From: Candidatus Eiseniibacteriota bacterium
GTDB lineage: Bacteria; Eisenbacteria; RBG-16-71-46
NCBI GenBank assembly: GCA_041483195.1
Contig: JBGPFC010000018.1
Coordinates: forward strand, 8,993-72,992
Direction: 5' to 3'
Length of the DNA: 64,000 bases
The notes below the pieces were generated by a model that worked only from the letters and a program-made list of their open reading frames with translations, ran no database searches and was not told where the DNA came from. The position numbers and the translations under genes are program-made. Shown one piece after another: positions 30,751 to 43,486 of this stretch (position 1 is its first letter; each line of letters opens with the position of its first letter).

Positions 30751-31365
30751 CTATGCCCCGCCGGCGGGCGGCGGGACCCTGGGCCGCGCGTGGTGCAGCA
30801 CGTCGCGCACGATCGAGTAGCCGTCGCCGCCGAGGCGGCCCACCGGCCGGAGCTTCGCGATGTCGACCGCGCCCTCGGTGAGCACCTCGTCGGCGGCGTG
30901 CGCGCGCACGATCTCGCCGACGACGAAGAAGGTGTCGCCCAGCTCGATCACGCGTTCGAGCCGGCATTCCATGCTCACCGGCGACTCGCCGACCCGCGGC
31001 GATCGAACCAGGTCGGAGGCGACCGGCGTGAGCCCGGTGAGCGCGAACTCGTCGACCTCCTCCGGCCAGTCGCCGGAGGTGCGCACCATGCGCTCGAGCA
31101 GCGGCTCGCTCACGACGTTCACAACGAAGTCGCCGACCTCCTGGATGTTGCGGAGCGTGTCCTTGGGCTCGCCGCGCCGGCGGTTGATCGAGACGCCGAG
31201 CAGCGGCGGCCGGCTGGTGATGGCGTTGAAGAACGAGAAGGGAGCGACGTTGAAGACGCCCGTCCGGCTCACGGTCGAGATGAACGCGATCGGCCGCGGC
31301 ACGACCGTGCCGATCATGAAGCGATACATGGCGCCCGGCGGGAGCGCCTGGGGATCGAGGATCAT
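30751..31365 (-). CDS. Flavin reductase-like FMN-binding protein
   Basis: ATG 31365, 3 nt after the kinase stop. MYRFMIGTVVPRPIAFISTVSRTGVFNVAPFSFFN matches the flavin_reduct domain N-terminus. Confidence 0.75.
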   Translation of the reverse strand: MILDPQALPPGAMYRFMIGTVVPRPIAFISTVSRTGVFNVAPFSFFNAITSRPPLLGVSINRRRGEPKDTLRNIQEVGDFVVNVVSEPLLERMVRTSGDWPEEVDEFALTGLTPVASDLVRSPRVGESPVSMECRLERVIELGDTFFVVGEIVRAHAADEVLTEGAVDIAKLRPVGRLGGDGYSIVRDVLHHARPRVPPPAGGA

Positions 31366-31367
31366 GG

Positions 31368-34019
<2,652 letters not shown>

Positions 34020-34146
34020 GAGATCACGCGATGCGCGGGGCGAATCGGATGCAAGGATGCGGTGGGCACGCGGAATCCTCCAGGACTGGCGTTCGCGACG
34101 GCGGGCGGCTCGGGGGAACTCCGCACGCTATCACATGTGCGAGCCC

Positions 34147-34611
34147 TCATTCGATCCAGCGCTTGCCACAATCCTCGCAGATCCAGCGGCCATGCAGCAG
34201 CGGCAGCGGAATGAGCTTCTCGATCAGCGCGATCACGAACCCCTCGGGCTCCGAGCCGCGAAAGTAGACCAGCTGTCCCCCGCACTCGGGACATGCGGGT
34301 GGTGCGCCCTCCGCCTGCGGGTCGGGGGCCGGCGGCTCCGAGTCGGGCGCGAGCGCGGGGAACGCCGAAGGCAGCTCGCGCAGCAGCGCCAGCGCCGCGG
34401 GCAGGTCGTGCTCCCAGACCTGCACCTTGACGCCGCCCATCGCGCCCGTGATGAACCACATCATCCCCACCAGGTGCTGGTCGGCGACCACCGGCTCGAT
34501 CCCGGCCTGCTGCAGCATGGTGCTCAGCAGGTGCGCGTTGTGGGCGGCCAGCGAGTGCGCGATCGTGACGAGCCGCTCGCCCGGGCGCGGCTCCGAGTGC
34601 TTGTCGCTCAT
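34147..34611 (-). CDS. DUF2007-like putative signal-transducing domain protein with C-terminal zinc ribbon
   Basis: 154 aa. ATG 34611 overlaps the upstream stop (ATGA). CPECGG...CEDCGK pair of CxxC. Confidence 0.6.
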   Translation of the reverse strand: MSDKHSEPRPGERLVTIAHSLAAHNAHLLSTMLQQAGIEPVVADQHLVGMMWFITGAMGGVKVQVWEHDLPAALALLRELPSAFPALAPDSEPPAPDPQAEGAPPACPECGGQLVYFRGSEPEGFVIALIEKLIPLPLLHGRWICEDCGKRWIE

Positions 34612-36479
34612 GGCGCGCCCGGCTCGCGCACCGCGGCGAGCCTTCCGCGCTCGAGCGTCAGCACCGGGCAGTAGAGCCCGAGCGGCTCGCGCCGCCACCA
34701 CGCGCCGCTCGCGCGCCGCGCCCTCGCGTCGGTGAAGTGGTAGTCGTACACGACGGCCCGCACGAAGCGCGGCGGCGATTGCGGGAACGGATTGCGCTCG
34801 AGCAGCGCGAGCACCGGCGGCGAGCCCTGGAGCAGCCGCTCGCAGAAGCGCAGGAACCACGTCTCGCGCCGGAAGTCGCCGATCGCCGCGAACCACATCT
34901 GCCAGTCGAGGCGCGGCATGTGCGGCGCGACGAAGCGCGGCCGCCGCGCGAGGTCGCCGATCTTGAACGCGAACCGGTAGGGCGTCCACGTCACGCCGTC
35001 GGCGCTGCCTTCGACCTCGATCTCCGGGCGGCGCGTGGTCATCACCGCGAACAGCCCGTAGGAGTCCGCGATGCGCAGCGGCGCGACCAGCTCGTGCAGC
35101 GTCCGCACCGGGCCGAGCCACGCGGCGGGCAACTGAAGCACCCGAAACAGCGGAACGAGCGTGAGCGCGAACATCGCGACCGCCGCGCCGCGCACCAGCC
35201 AGCGCGGCACGCGGCGCGCGCCGGCGTCGCGCGGATCGCGAGCCGCCGCCGCGCCGCCCCAGTGGGACGGCCACATCACGTCGTCCACCAGCAGCACGCA
35301 CAGGGCGATCGAGATCAGATTGAAGAAGCCGTAGTTCCCGGTGACGAGGATCAACACCTGCAGCATCACCATCGCGGCGGCGGCCATGAAGCGCAGTCGC
35401 CGCGGCGCGAAGATGAAGAACGGTGCCAGCCCCTCGACCGCGAACATCACAGCCGCCGACATGCGCTGAAACGCGGCGGGGAGATGATGCGCGTACCACG
35501 CCGTCCATGGCGGGAGCGGCTGCGTCTCGTAGTGAAAGGTGAGCGCGGTGAGATGCCGCCAGGCTGGATCTCCGCTTCCGAGCTTCACAGCGGCCGATGA
35601 GAACATGAGCCGGAACACCAGCCAGCGCAGCAGCCACAGCGCGGCGCGCGATGGGGCGGGCGCGCGGTGCGGATGCGACGTCCACCGCCAGGGCGCGATG
35701 AAGATCGCGAGAAAACCCGCCTCGAGCAGCAGGCTGTCCCACTGGAACCACATGAAGTCCTGCCCGACGCTCGCGATCGAGAGGTAGAGCAGCCACGCCC
35801 CCGCCGCGCAGGCCGCCGGCGCGATCCCGGCGATCAGCAGCGCGGCGAGCGCGGTGCCTGCCGCGCACAACGCGATCAGCGCGCCGTCGCTCGCGCCGAG
35901 CCAGCTCACGGTGGGCACCAGCCACATGCCGGCCGCGCCGTAGTGGGTGCGCACCGCTTCGAGGAGTTCCCGCGCGGGGAGGATGCCGCGCGCGCCGACC
36001 AGCCCCACGATCTGCGTCCACATCGAGACGAAAGCGCAGGCGTACACCACGCCGAGCAGCCGCATGAAGATCCAGGCGGTGAGCGCCTCCCCGGGCGGCA
36101 CGACGTGATTGCCCCACAGCGCGAGCGTGACCCACGAGAGCGTGCCGCGATTGCGCGCGACCCGCGAATAGCACCAGCGGCTCGCCGCGCCGAAGCCCGG
36201 CATGCGTTGGTAGAGCGCGAGCGGCCAGCCGCGGCCCGGCACGCACGCGAGCGCGCGGAACATCGCCTCCGCCCCTTCCGACCAGCGTCCGTCGGTCTCG
36301 ATCAGCTGCGCGGCCGCGCGGAACTTCTCGAGCGGGACCTCGGGGAATCGCGCAGCCACCTCCTGATACGGCGCGTACTCCACGCGGTCGCCGGTCGCCC
36401 GCCGCAGGCGCGCCATCCACGCGCGGCAGAAGCCGCATTCGCCATCCCATATGAAGAGGGGCTTCGCGGGAGTCTCCAT
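34608..36479 (-). CDS. Fusion of DCC-family thiol-disulfide oxidoreductase (DUF393) and lipase maturation factor (LMF) family membrane protein
   Basis: ATG 36479 (METPAKPLFIWDGECGFCRAWMARL). WDGxCxxC is the DCC signature. The remaining about 500 aa are polytopic with LMF-family features. The track ORF starts 38 codons further upstream. Confidence 0.7.
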   Translation of the reverse strand: METPAKPLFIWDGECGFCRAWMARLRRATGDRVEYAPYQEVAARFPEVPLEKFRAAAQLIETDGRWSEGAEAMFRALACVPGRGWPLALYQRMPGFGAASRWCYSRVARNRGTLSWVTLALWGNHVVPPGEALTAWIFMRLLGVVYACAFVSMWTQIVGLVGARGILPARELLEAVRTHYGAAGMWLVPTVSWLGASDGALIALCAAGTALAALLIAGIAPAACAAGAWLLYLSIASVGQDFMWFQWDSLLLEAGFLAIFIAPWRWTSHPHRAPAPSRAALWLLRWLVFRLMFSSAAVKLGSGDPAWRHLTALTFHYETQPLPPWTAWYAHHLPAAFQRMSAAVMFAVEGLAPFFIFAPRRLRFMAAAAMVMLQVLILVTGNYGFFNLISIALCVLLVDDVMWPSHWGGAAAARDPRDAGARRVPRWLVRGAAVAMFALTLVPLFRVLQLPAAWLGPVRTLHELVAPLRIADSYGLFAVMTTRRPEIEVEGSADGVTWTPYRFAFKIGDLARRPRFVAPHMPRLDWQMWFAAIGDFRRETWFLRFCERLLQGSPPVLALLERNPFPQSPPRFVRAVVYDYHFTDARARRASGAWWRREPLGLYCPVLTLERGRLAAVREPGAP

Positions 36480-36587
36480 CGCCGGAGTGTAGCCGGATCC
36501 GCCGGGATGCGCGCGCGGACGCGCTCGGGTAATCTCGCCCGCGACTCTCGCGGACCCCACGCCACGCGCGTACCGGAGGAAGCCGTC

Positions 36588-39500
36588 ATGCATTCACGAA
36601 GGCACCTGCTCTCGCTGATGGTTGCCATGACTCCATTGCTCATGTGCGCGGGTCCCGCGCACGCCGCGGCGCGCGCCGCGGGCGAACACGCCGCGCCCGC
36701 GCACCGGCCCGCCGCCACGGCGCACGAACATGCCGCCGCCCCCCACGCGCGCGGCGCGCTCGATCCGACCGATCCGCTGCTGCTGCGCGGCCTCGAGTGG
36801 CGCAGCATCGGCCCGTACCGTGGCGGGCGCGTCACGGCGGTCACGGGGGTCGATGGCAATCGCGGGACCTATTATTTCGGCGGCACCGGCGGCGGCATCT
36901 GGAAATCGGTGGACGGCGGTTCGAGCTGGAAGAACGTCGCCGACGGTCAGATCGGCACCGGATCGGTGGGCGCGATCACGGCGGCGGCATCCGATCCCAA
37001 CGTGGTCTACGCCGGGATGGGCGAGGCCTGCATTCGCGGCAACGTGTCGCACGGCGACGGCGTCTATCGCTCGACCGACGCGGGCAGGACCTGGAAGCAC
37101 GTGGGCCTCGGCGATTCGCGGCAGATCGGAGCCATCGTGGTGCACCCGCACGATCCCGATCTGGTGTACGTCGCGGCGCTCGGCCACACCTTCGGGCCCA
37201 ATCACGAGCGCGGCGTGTTTCGCTCGCGCGACGGCGGGGCGACCTGGAAGAACGTGCTGTTCGTGAACGACAGCACCGGCGCGGTGGACATCGTGATGGC
37301 GCCGGGCAACCCGCGCATTCTCTACGCCACCTTCTGGCAGGTGGAGCGCACGCCGTGGAGCCTGCTGAGCGGCGGCCGTGGCAGCGCGCTCTACAAGTCG
37401 GTGGACGGCGGCGACTCGTGGACGAGGATCACCGGCCCGGGGCTCCCGGCCGGCATCTGGGGCCGGGTCGGCGTGACGGTCTCCGCAGCGAACCCCGATC
37501 GGGTGTGGGCGATCGTCGAGGCCGATCAGGGCGGCGTGTTTCGATCGGACGACGCGGGGCGCACCTGGGCGAAGACGAACGACGAGCGCACCCTGCGCCA
37601 GCGCGCGTGGTACTACACGCACATCTACGCAGACCCGAAGAGCGCCGACGTGGTGTACGTGCTCAACGTGCAGTTCTTCCGCTCGAAGGACGGCGGCAAG
37701 AGCTTCGAGCGCATCGGCGTTCCGCACGGCGACAACCACGACCTGTGGATCGATCCCGACGATCCGCGCCGCATGATCGAGAGCAACGACGGCGGCGTGT
37801 TCGTGTCGCTCGATGGCGGCGCGTCGTGGACCGACAACGACAACCAGGCGACCGCCCAGTTCTATCACGTGATCGCGGACGACCAGTTCCCATACCACCT
37901 CTACGGCGCGCAGCAGGACAACTCGACGGTCGAGATCGCGAGCCGCACGCGGGACGCGGGGATCGGCACCCGTGACTGGCACGACGTGGGCGGATGCGAG
38001 AGCGGATTCATCGCGCCCAAGCCCGGCAACCCGGACATCGCGTACGCCGGATGCTACGACGGCTACATTGGCCGCCACGACAACCGCACCGGCGAGGAGC
38101 GCGACGTTTCGGTGTACCCCGACAACCCGATGGGGTACGGCGCGGAGGGCATGAAGTATCGCTTCCAGTGGACGTTCCCGATCGTCGCCTCGCGACACGA
38201 CCCGAACACGCTCTACGCCGGCGGCAACATCCTGTTCCGCTCGACCAACGAGGGACAGAGCTGGGAGGCGATCAGCCCCGACCTCACGCGCAACGATCCG
38301 AGCAAGCTCGGGCCATCGGGCGGACCGATCACCAAGGACAACACCAGCGTCGAGTACTACTGCACCATCTTCGCGATGGCCGAGTCGCGGCTCGAGAAGG
38401 ACGTGCTGTGGACCGGCTCCGACGACGGGCTGGTGCACGTCACGCGCGACGGCGGAAAGCACTGGGCGAACGTGACGCCGAAGGATCTGCCCGCCTGGAG
38501 CATGATCAGCCAGATCGACGCTTCGCCGCACCACGCCGGAACGGCTTACGTCGCGGCCAATCGCTACAAGCTCGACGACTATCGCCCGTACGCCTACGTC
38601 ACGAACGACTACGGCAAGTCGTGGCGCCGGATCACGAACGGGCTCCCCGAGAACGCGTTCGTGCGCGTGGTGCGCGAGGATCCGGTGCGCGAAGACCTGC
38701 TGTTCTGCGGCACCGAGACCGGCGCCTATTACTCGCTCGACGGCGGCGGCCGCTGGTGGCCGCTGCGTCTCAACGCGCCGGGCGCGGGAGACGCCATTCG
38801 CACCGCCGCAACGCGCGCGGTCGCGCTCGCGCGTCCCGACGACGCGGCGAAGACGGCGGCCGAGGAGCCGCGCGGGCTGCTGCCCGTGGTGCCGGTGACC
38901 GATCTCATCGTGAAGGACAACGACATCGCGGTCTCGACCCAGGGCCGCTCGTTCTGGATCCTCGACGACATCGCGCCGCTGCGCCAGCTCGGGCCCGCGG
39001 TCGCCGCCGACGATGCGCACCTGTTCGCGCCCTCCCCCGCCTACCTGTTCGGCGGACCGCCGGGTGGCCCCGGGCAGAATCCTCCGAGCGGCGCTTTCGT
39101 GTACTACACGCTGAAGCGCGAGCCGAAGGAGAAGGAAGAGATCACGCTCGAGTTCCTCGATGCGTCCGGCAAGCTGATCCGCAAAATCTCGAGCAAGGCG
39201 GACGAGAACGCGGGCGGCCCGGGGGCTGGCGCGCCCGGCGGCGAGGGCGGAGACGAAGGCCCCCGCGTGCCGCCGCCGCCCAGGGCTCCGGCGCGCGCCG
39301 GCCTCAACCGATTCGCCTGGAATCTGCGCGAGCCCGACGCGACCCGCTTCAAGGGTCTCATCATGTGGGGCGGCGGCGTGACCGGCCCCGAGGTCGTGCC
39401 CGGCCACTATCAGGTGCGGATCACGGCGTTCGGAACGACGCAGACCCAGGGCTTCGACGTGCGCAAGGACCCGCGCGTCGCGGCGACCGCCGCCGACTAC

Positions 39501-39968
39501 CAGAAGAAGCACGACTTCCTCGCGCAGATTCGCGACCGGCTCACCGACGCGCACGACGCGATCGTTCGCATTCGCGACGTGCGCGATCAGGCGAAGTCGG
39601 CCGCCGAGCGGGCCGGGGCGAGCGACCCCGACTCGAGCATCGCGCGCGCGGCGCGCAAGCTATCGGAGAAGCTGACCGCGGTCGAGGAGGCGCTCTACCA
39701 GACCAAGAACAAGAGCGGCCAGGACCCGCTCAACTATCCGATCCGGCTCAACAACAAGCTCGCCGCGCTCGCGGGCACCGTGGACGGCGTGAACGCCCCG
39801 CCCACCGATCAGGCGTACGAGGTGTATCGCGACCTGAACGGGCGGACCGAGGCCGAGCTGAGCCAGCTGAAGGAGATCCTCGCGACCGATCTGGTCGCGT
39901 TCAACCAGCTGGTGCGCGACAAGCAGGTGCCGGCGGTGGTGGTGAAGGAGAAGAAGGCGGCGAAGTAG
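36588..39968 (+). CDS. Secreted BNR/Asp-box repeat beta-propeller protein (sortilin/Vps10-like; glycoside-hydrolase-like fold)
   Basis: GGAGGA upstream of ATG 36588. Signal peptide. Multiple S-x-D-x-G-x-T-W Asp-box motifs (SVDGGSSWK, STDAGRTWK, SRDGGATWK, SVDGGDSWT, SDDAGRTWA, SKDGGKSF, TRDGGKHWA, SLDGGGRWW). 1126 aa. Confidence 0.85.
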   Translation: MHSRRHLLSLMVAMTPLLMCAGPAHAAARAAGEHAAPAHRPAATAHEHAAAPHARGALDPTDPLLLRGLEWRSIGPYRGGRVTAVTGVDGNRGTYYFGGTGGGIWKSVDGGSSWKNVADGQIGTGSVGAITAAASDPNVVYAGMGEACIRGNVSHGDGVYRSTDAGRTWKHVGLGDSRQIGAIVVHPHDPDLVYVAALGHTFGPNHERGVFRSRDGGATWKNVLFVNDSTGAVDIVMAPGNPRILYATFWQVERTPWSLLSGGRGSALYKSVDGGDSWTRITGPGLPAGIWGRVGVTVSAANPDRVWAIVEADQGGVFRSDDAGRTWAKTNDERTLRQRAWYYTHIYADPKSADVVYVLNVQFFRSKDGGKSFERIGVPHGDNHDLWIDPDDPRRMIESNDGGVFVSLDGGASWTDNDNQATAQFYHVIADDQFPYHLYGAQQDNSTVEIASRTRDAGIGTRDWHDVGGCESGFIAPKPGNPDIAYAGCYDGYIGRHDNRTGEERDVSVYPDNPMGYGAEGMKYRFQWTFPIVASRHDPNTLYAGGNILFRSTNEGQSWEAISPDLTRNDPSKLGPSGGPITKDNTSVEYYCTIFAMAESRLEKDVLWTGSDDGLVHVTRDGGKHWANVTPKDLPAWSMISQIDASPHHAGTAYVAANRYKLDDYRPYAYVTNDYGKSWRRITNGLPENAFVRVVREDPVREDLLFCGTETGAYYSLDGGGRWWPLRLNAPGAGDAIRTAATRAVALARPDDAAKTAAEEPRGLLPVVPVTDLIVKDNDIAVSTQGRSFWILDDIAPLRQLGPAVAADDAHLFAPSPAYLFGGPPGGPGQNPPSGAFVYYTLKREPKEKEEITLEFLDASGKLIRKISSKADENAGGPGAGAPGGEGGDEGPRVPPPPRAPARAGLNRFAWNLREPDATRFKGLIMWGGGVTGPEVVPGHYQVRITAFGTTQTQGFDVRKDPRVAATAADYQKKHDFLAQIRDRLTDAHDAIVRIRDVRDQAKSAAERAGASDPDSSIARAARKLSEKLTAVEEALYQTKNKSGQDPLNYPIRLNNKLAALAGTVDGVNAPPTDQAYEVYRDLNGRTEAELSQLKEILATDLVAFNQLVRDKQVPAVVVKEKKAAK

Positions 39969-39974
39969 GCGCGC

Positions 39975-40811
39975 CTACAGCATCGCGCGGTCGAGCAGGA
40001 AGTCGAGCACCATGCGGTTGACCAGGTAGGTGCGCTCGAAGATCACGCTGTGGGTCGCGCCCGGCACGATGCGCATGTGCGCGCCGGGAATCGCGCGGGA
40101 GAGCGCCTCGGTGTGCGCGAGCCGCACGATGTCGTGCTCACCCGCGACGATCAGGGTGCGCGCGCGGATCGAGCCCAGCTCCTCGGGCGTGAAGCGAGGC
40201 TGCGTGCGCCACATCGCGAGGATCTTGCTCATCGCCGTCTCGTAGTGCGCGGGATCGGGCGCGACGCTCTGGTACGCGGACTCGGTGGCCGAGCCGAAGC
40301 TCGACGCGTTCGCGCCGTTCATCCACTCCTCGAAATCGTCCGTGTAGCCGTCTGGCGCGAAGTTGGCCCCGAACGTCACGAGGTGCTTCACGCGCTCCGG
40401 GTGGTGGATCGCGAGGTCCAGCCCGACGTCGCCCCCGTCGCTCCAGCCCACGACGTCGGCGCGGACGACGTGGAGGTTGCTCATCAGCGCGAACAGGTCC
40501 TCGGCCATGGCGTGATAGCTGAGCGGGCCGGGCCCGTCGGTGGTGCGGCCCTGCGCGCGTGCGTCGGGCACGATCACGTGGAAGTATTTCGAGAACACCG
40601 GCACCTGGTGGGCGAACTGGGTTCCGTCGCCCCCGCCGCCGTGGAGGAGGAACAGCGCCTGGCCGTGCCCGCTCGACTCGTAGTACATGCGGATGCCGTT
40701 CACGCGCGCGTAGTGGGCGCGCGCGCTGAAACCGGAGCACGCGAGGGTGAGCGCCGCCGCCGCGGCCACCGCGACCGCGAGCGCACCGGCACGGGCGCGA
40801 ACAGCGATCAG
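39975..40811 (-). CDS. Secreted alpha/beta hydrolase (possible lipoprotein); start codon ambiguous (CTG 40811 or GTG 40769)
   Basis: Hydrolase-fold core (LFLLHGGGGDG, GWSDGG nucleophile elbow). The signal-peptide-like N-terminus IAVRARAGALAVAVAAAAALTLACSG lies before the first canonical start. CTG at 40811 is preceded by GGAGGA plus 6 nt and overlaps the pepT stop as CTGA. Confidence 0.75.
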   Translation of the reverse strand: MIAVRARAGALAVAVAAAAALTLACSGFSARAHYARVNGIRMYYESSGHGQALFLLHGGGGDGTQFAHQVPVFSKYFHVIVPDARAQGRTTDGPGPLSYHAMAEDLFALMSNLHVVRADVVGWSDGGDVGLDLAIHHPERVKHLVTFGANFAPDGYTDDFEEWMNGANASSFGSATESAYQSVAPDPAHYETAMSKILAMWRTQPRFTPEELGSIRARTLIVAGEHDIVRLAHTEALSRAIPGAHMRIVPGATHSVIFERTYLVNRMVLDFLLDRAML

Positions 40812-42058
40812 CTGCGCTCCTCCCAGATGCGGGCGAGGTGAACGACCGTCTCGACCGCCTTCTCCATGTCCTGGACCGAGACCCATTCGAGCCGCGAATG
40901 GAAGTTGTGCCCGCCCGCGAAGATGTTCGGGGTGGGCAGGCCCATCTCGGAGAGCCGCGAGCCGTCGGTGCCGCCTCGCACCTTGGTGTCGGTCGGGGTG
41001 AGCCCGGCGCGGCGGATCGCCTCGCGCGCGTACTCGACAACTTGCGGGACGCGGTCGAGCACCTCCTTGAGATTGCGGTAGGAGTTCTCGACCTCGAACG
41101 ACGCCGTGGCGCCCGGCCAGGCCGCGACCGTCTCGCGAGCGAGCGTCTCGAGGAACGATTCCTTCTCGCGCAGCTTCGCCGTGTCGAAATCGCGGATCAG
41201 GAACCGCACGCGGGTGCGGTCCACCGACGCGTCGACCACGTAGGGATGGAAGAATCCCTCCTTGCCGGCGGTGGTCTCCGGCGAGAGCTTGTCCTTGGGC
41301 AGTCGCTGGATGAAGTCCGCCGCGATCTTGATCGAGTTGATCATCATCCCCTTCGCGTAGCCCGGATGGCTGTTGAATCCCTGGAAGGTGACGGTCCAGG
41401 CGTCGGCCGAGAAGGTCTCGACGTCCACGTGGGCGCACGCCTCGCCGTCGAGCGTGTACGCGAACGCCGCGCCGAACTTCGCGAGGTCGAAGTGGAGCAC
41501 GCCGGTGCCGACCTCTTCGTCGGGCGTGAAGCCGATGCGGATCGGGCCGTGCGCGATCTCGGGATGCTGCATCAGGTACTCGGCCGCCGCCATGATCTCG
41601 GCCACCCCGGCCTTGTCGTCGGCCCCGAGCAGCGTGCCGCCCGATGCGGTGATGAGGTCGTGGCCCACGTATTCGCGCAGCGCGGGAATCTCGGACGGGC
41701 GCAGCACGGCGGTGCGATCGTCGGGGAGCGCGATCTCACCGCCGCGATAGTCGCGGTGCACGATCGGCTTCACGTCCGTGCCGCTCGATTCGGGCGAGGT
41801 GTCCACGTGGGCGACCAGCCCGATCACCGGCACCTTCTTCTTGGTCGTCGCCGGGATGGTCGCCATCACGTAGCCGTGCTCGTCGCGCGTCGCGTCGGCG
41901 AGCCCCAGCTCGCGCAGCTCCTCCGCCAGCCGGTCGAGCAGCACCAGCTGCTTGAGCGTGCTCGGATAGGTCTCGGAGTTCTCGCTCGATTGCGTGTCGC
42001 AGGTGACGTAGTAGAGGAAGCGTTCGACGACGCTGGTCTTCATGGCGGTCTCGGGCAT
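40808..42058 (-). CDS. pepT: Peptidase T (tripeptide aminopeptidase, M20B)
   Basis: 416 aa with strong PepT similarity (ERFLRYV-type N-terminus, HVDT, metal ligands). GGAG upstream supports the start at 42058; there is an alternative ATG at 42043. Confidence 0.9.
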   Translation of the reverse strand: MPETAMKTSVVERFLYYVTCDTQSSENSETYPSTLKQLVLLDRLAEELRELGLADATRDEHGYVMATIPATTKKKVPVIGLVAHVDTSPESSGTDVKPIVHRDYRGGEIALPDDRTAVLRPSEIPALREYVGHDLITASGGTLLGADDKAGVAEIMAAAEYLMQHPEIAHGPIRIGFTPDEEVGTGVLHFDLAKFGAAFAYTLDGEACAHVDVETFSADAWTVTFQGFNSHPGYAKGMMINSIKIAADFIQRLPKDKLSPETTAGKEGFFHPYVVDASVDRTRVRFLIRDFDTAKLREKESFLETLARETVAAWPGATASFEVENSYRNLKEVLDRVPQVVEYAREAIRRAGLTPTDTKVRGGTDGSRLSEMGLPTPNIFAGGHNFHSRLEWVSVQDMEKAVETVVHLARIWEERS

Positions 42059-42323
42059 GGCGGGCTCCGGCGGATGGTGTCGGGTAGGTGCGGGCGCGAA
42101 CAGGAGACGCTAGCGCGGCGCGGGGGCGGGTGTAAAGGCGGGGGTACGCGCGTTCCGGTCCGCCCGATGGCGCGCCACCCGCGGACGAGATCGAGATCGG
42201 CGGGGCCGCACATCAGGATTGACGGGCGGGGGAATAAGGGGCAAAGGTGATGACGAGTTCCAGTCCGCGGACGCCGAAACGATTCGTGCCGCGAAGATCC
42301 GGGCACCCGAGTGAGGAGCCGAG

Positions 42324-42608
42324 ATGCACATCCTTCGTATCGAACACCCCGTTCCCAATTTCGACGGCTGGAAGAAGGCCTTCGACAGCGATCCCGTCGG
42401 GCGGGAGAAGTCGGGCGTGCGCCGCTACCGGGTCCTGCGACCGATCGACGACCCGAACTACGTCATGATCGATCTCGAGTTCGACACCCTTCGTGAGGCC
42501 GAGGCCTTGCTGGCCGCGATGCGGGTCGTGTGGGGCCGAGTCGAGGGCAAGGTCATGACGAGCCCGAAGGTCCGCATCGTCGAGGCGGCGGAAACCAGAG
42601 AGTACTGA
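42324..42608 (+). CDS. Hypothetical small cytoplasmic protein (94 aa)
   Basis: Clean ORF, GGAG 7 nt upstream, no TM. Family uncertain. Confidence 0.5.
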   Translation: MHILRIEHPVPNFDGWKKAFDSDPVGREKSGVRRYRVLRPIDDPNYVMIDLEFDTLREAEALLAAMRVVWGRVEGKVMTSPKVRIVEAAETREY

Positions 42609-42624
42609 GCGCGAGGAGGATCAC

Positions 42625-43155
42625 GTGAGCCCATCCGCCAAGTCCGCATCCGCGGAATCGCCCGCCAGGCAGCTCGCGGGCTTCATCGACAAGTACGACC
42701 CGGCGGTCGCCAGGCTCGCGCGCTCCACTCGCGCCGCGCTTCGCAAGCGACTGCCGAACGCGATCGAGCTGGTCTACGACAACTACCAGTTCCTGGCCCT
42801 CGGCTTCTCCACGACGGAGCGCGCGTCGGATTGCATCGTCTCGCTGGCCGTCTCGCCGAAGGGCGTCGCGCTCTCGTTCTACTTCGGGGCGACTTTGCCG
42901 GACCCCCACAAGATCTTGCTGGGCGGCGGGAATCAAAATCGGTTCGTTCGTCTCGAATCGGCCGCGACGCTGGCCAGGCCAGCGGTTGAGGCATTGCTCA
43001 AGGCGGCGATTGCCCAGGGCAAGACGCCGCTGCCGGCCACGGCGCGAGGCTACACGATCATCAAGTCGGTCTCGGCCAAACAGCGCCCGCGTCGCGCGTC
43101 CGAGGCCCGGAATGAGGTCCGGTCGCAGCGCACGCGCTCCGCGGGCCGAGGATGA
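42625..43155 (+). CDS. DUF1801 (YdhG-like) domain protein
   Basis: 176 aa. The pattern VYDNYQFLALGFSTTERASDCIVSLA...RFVRLES is typical of DUF1801. Confidence 0.6.
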   Translation: MSPSAKSASAESPARQLAGFIDKYDPAVARLARSTRAALRKRLPNAIELVYDNYQFLALGFSTTERASDCIVSLAVSPKGVALSFYFGATLPDPHKILLGGGNQNRFVRLESAATLARPAVEALLKAAIAQGKTPLPATARGYTIIKSVSAKQRPRRASEARNEVRSQRTRSAGRG

Positions 43156-43215
43156 CACGATGTCTCTGAAGATCGGCTTGCTAGGGCGGTCTCAGCTCGA
43201 CGGCGTGAATGTGGA

Positions 43216-43431
43216 GTGAACATGCGACAGACAATCGGAACAGGGCGTCTCATGGGGAGCCAGGTCGGCCTGGCAACGCTGCTCCTGGTAGGCGTGCTGG
43301 CGATCGCCTACGGCTATCTCCACCCGAACAAGATTGCGTTCTACGCCGGGTTGTTCCTGACGCTGGGCGGTGTCATCACGGGAGTGGTCCGCATCGTGGC
43401 GGGTGGCGGGGGTGGAAAGCCCGGCGCCTGA
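43216..43431 (+). CDS. Small membrane protein (2 TM, Gly-rich C-terminus)
   Basis: 71-aa ORF with two hydrophobic helices, immediately upstream of the methyltransferase gene. Confidence 0.4.
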   Translation: MNMRQTIGTGRLMGSQVGLATLLLVGVLAIAYGYLHPNKIAFYAGLFLTLGGVITGVVRIVAGGGGGKPGA

Positions 43432-43486
43432 GCGGGCCGGCGTTCGACTGCTGAGACGCGATAGGCGGAGGAGGCAAGGGGAACCC

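Noticed and set aside
35667-39968. N-terminal 300-codon extension of the BNR-repeat gene in the track
   Set aside because: The extension is Arg-rich junk overlapping the LMF gene on the opposite strand. A GGAGGA plus ATG at 36588, followed by a clean signal peptide, marks the true start.
39975-41438. 487-aa ORF spanning the hydrolase and part of pepT
   Set aside because: Upstream of codon GAQL the frame is antisense junk inside pepT. The real hydrolase begins near 40811 or 40769.
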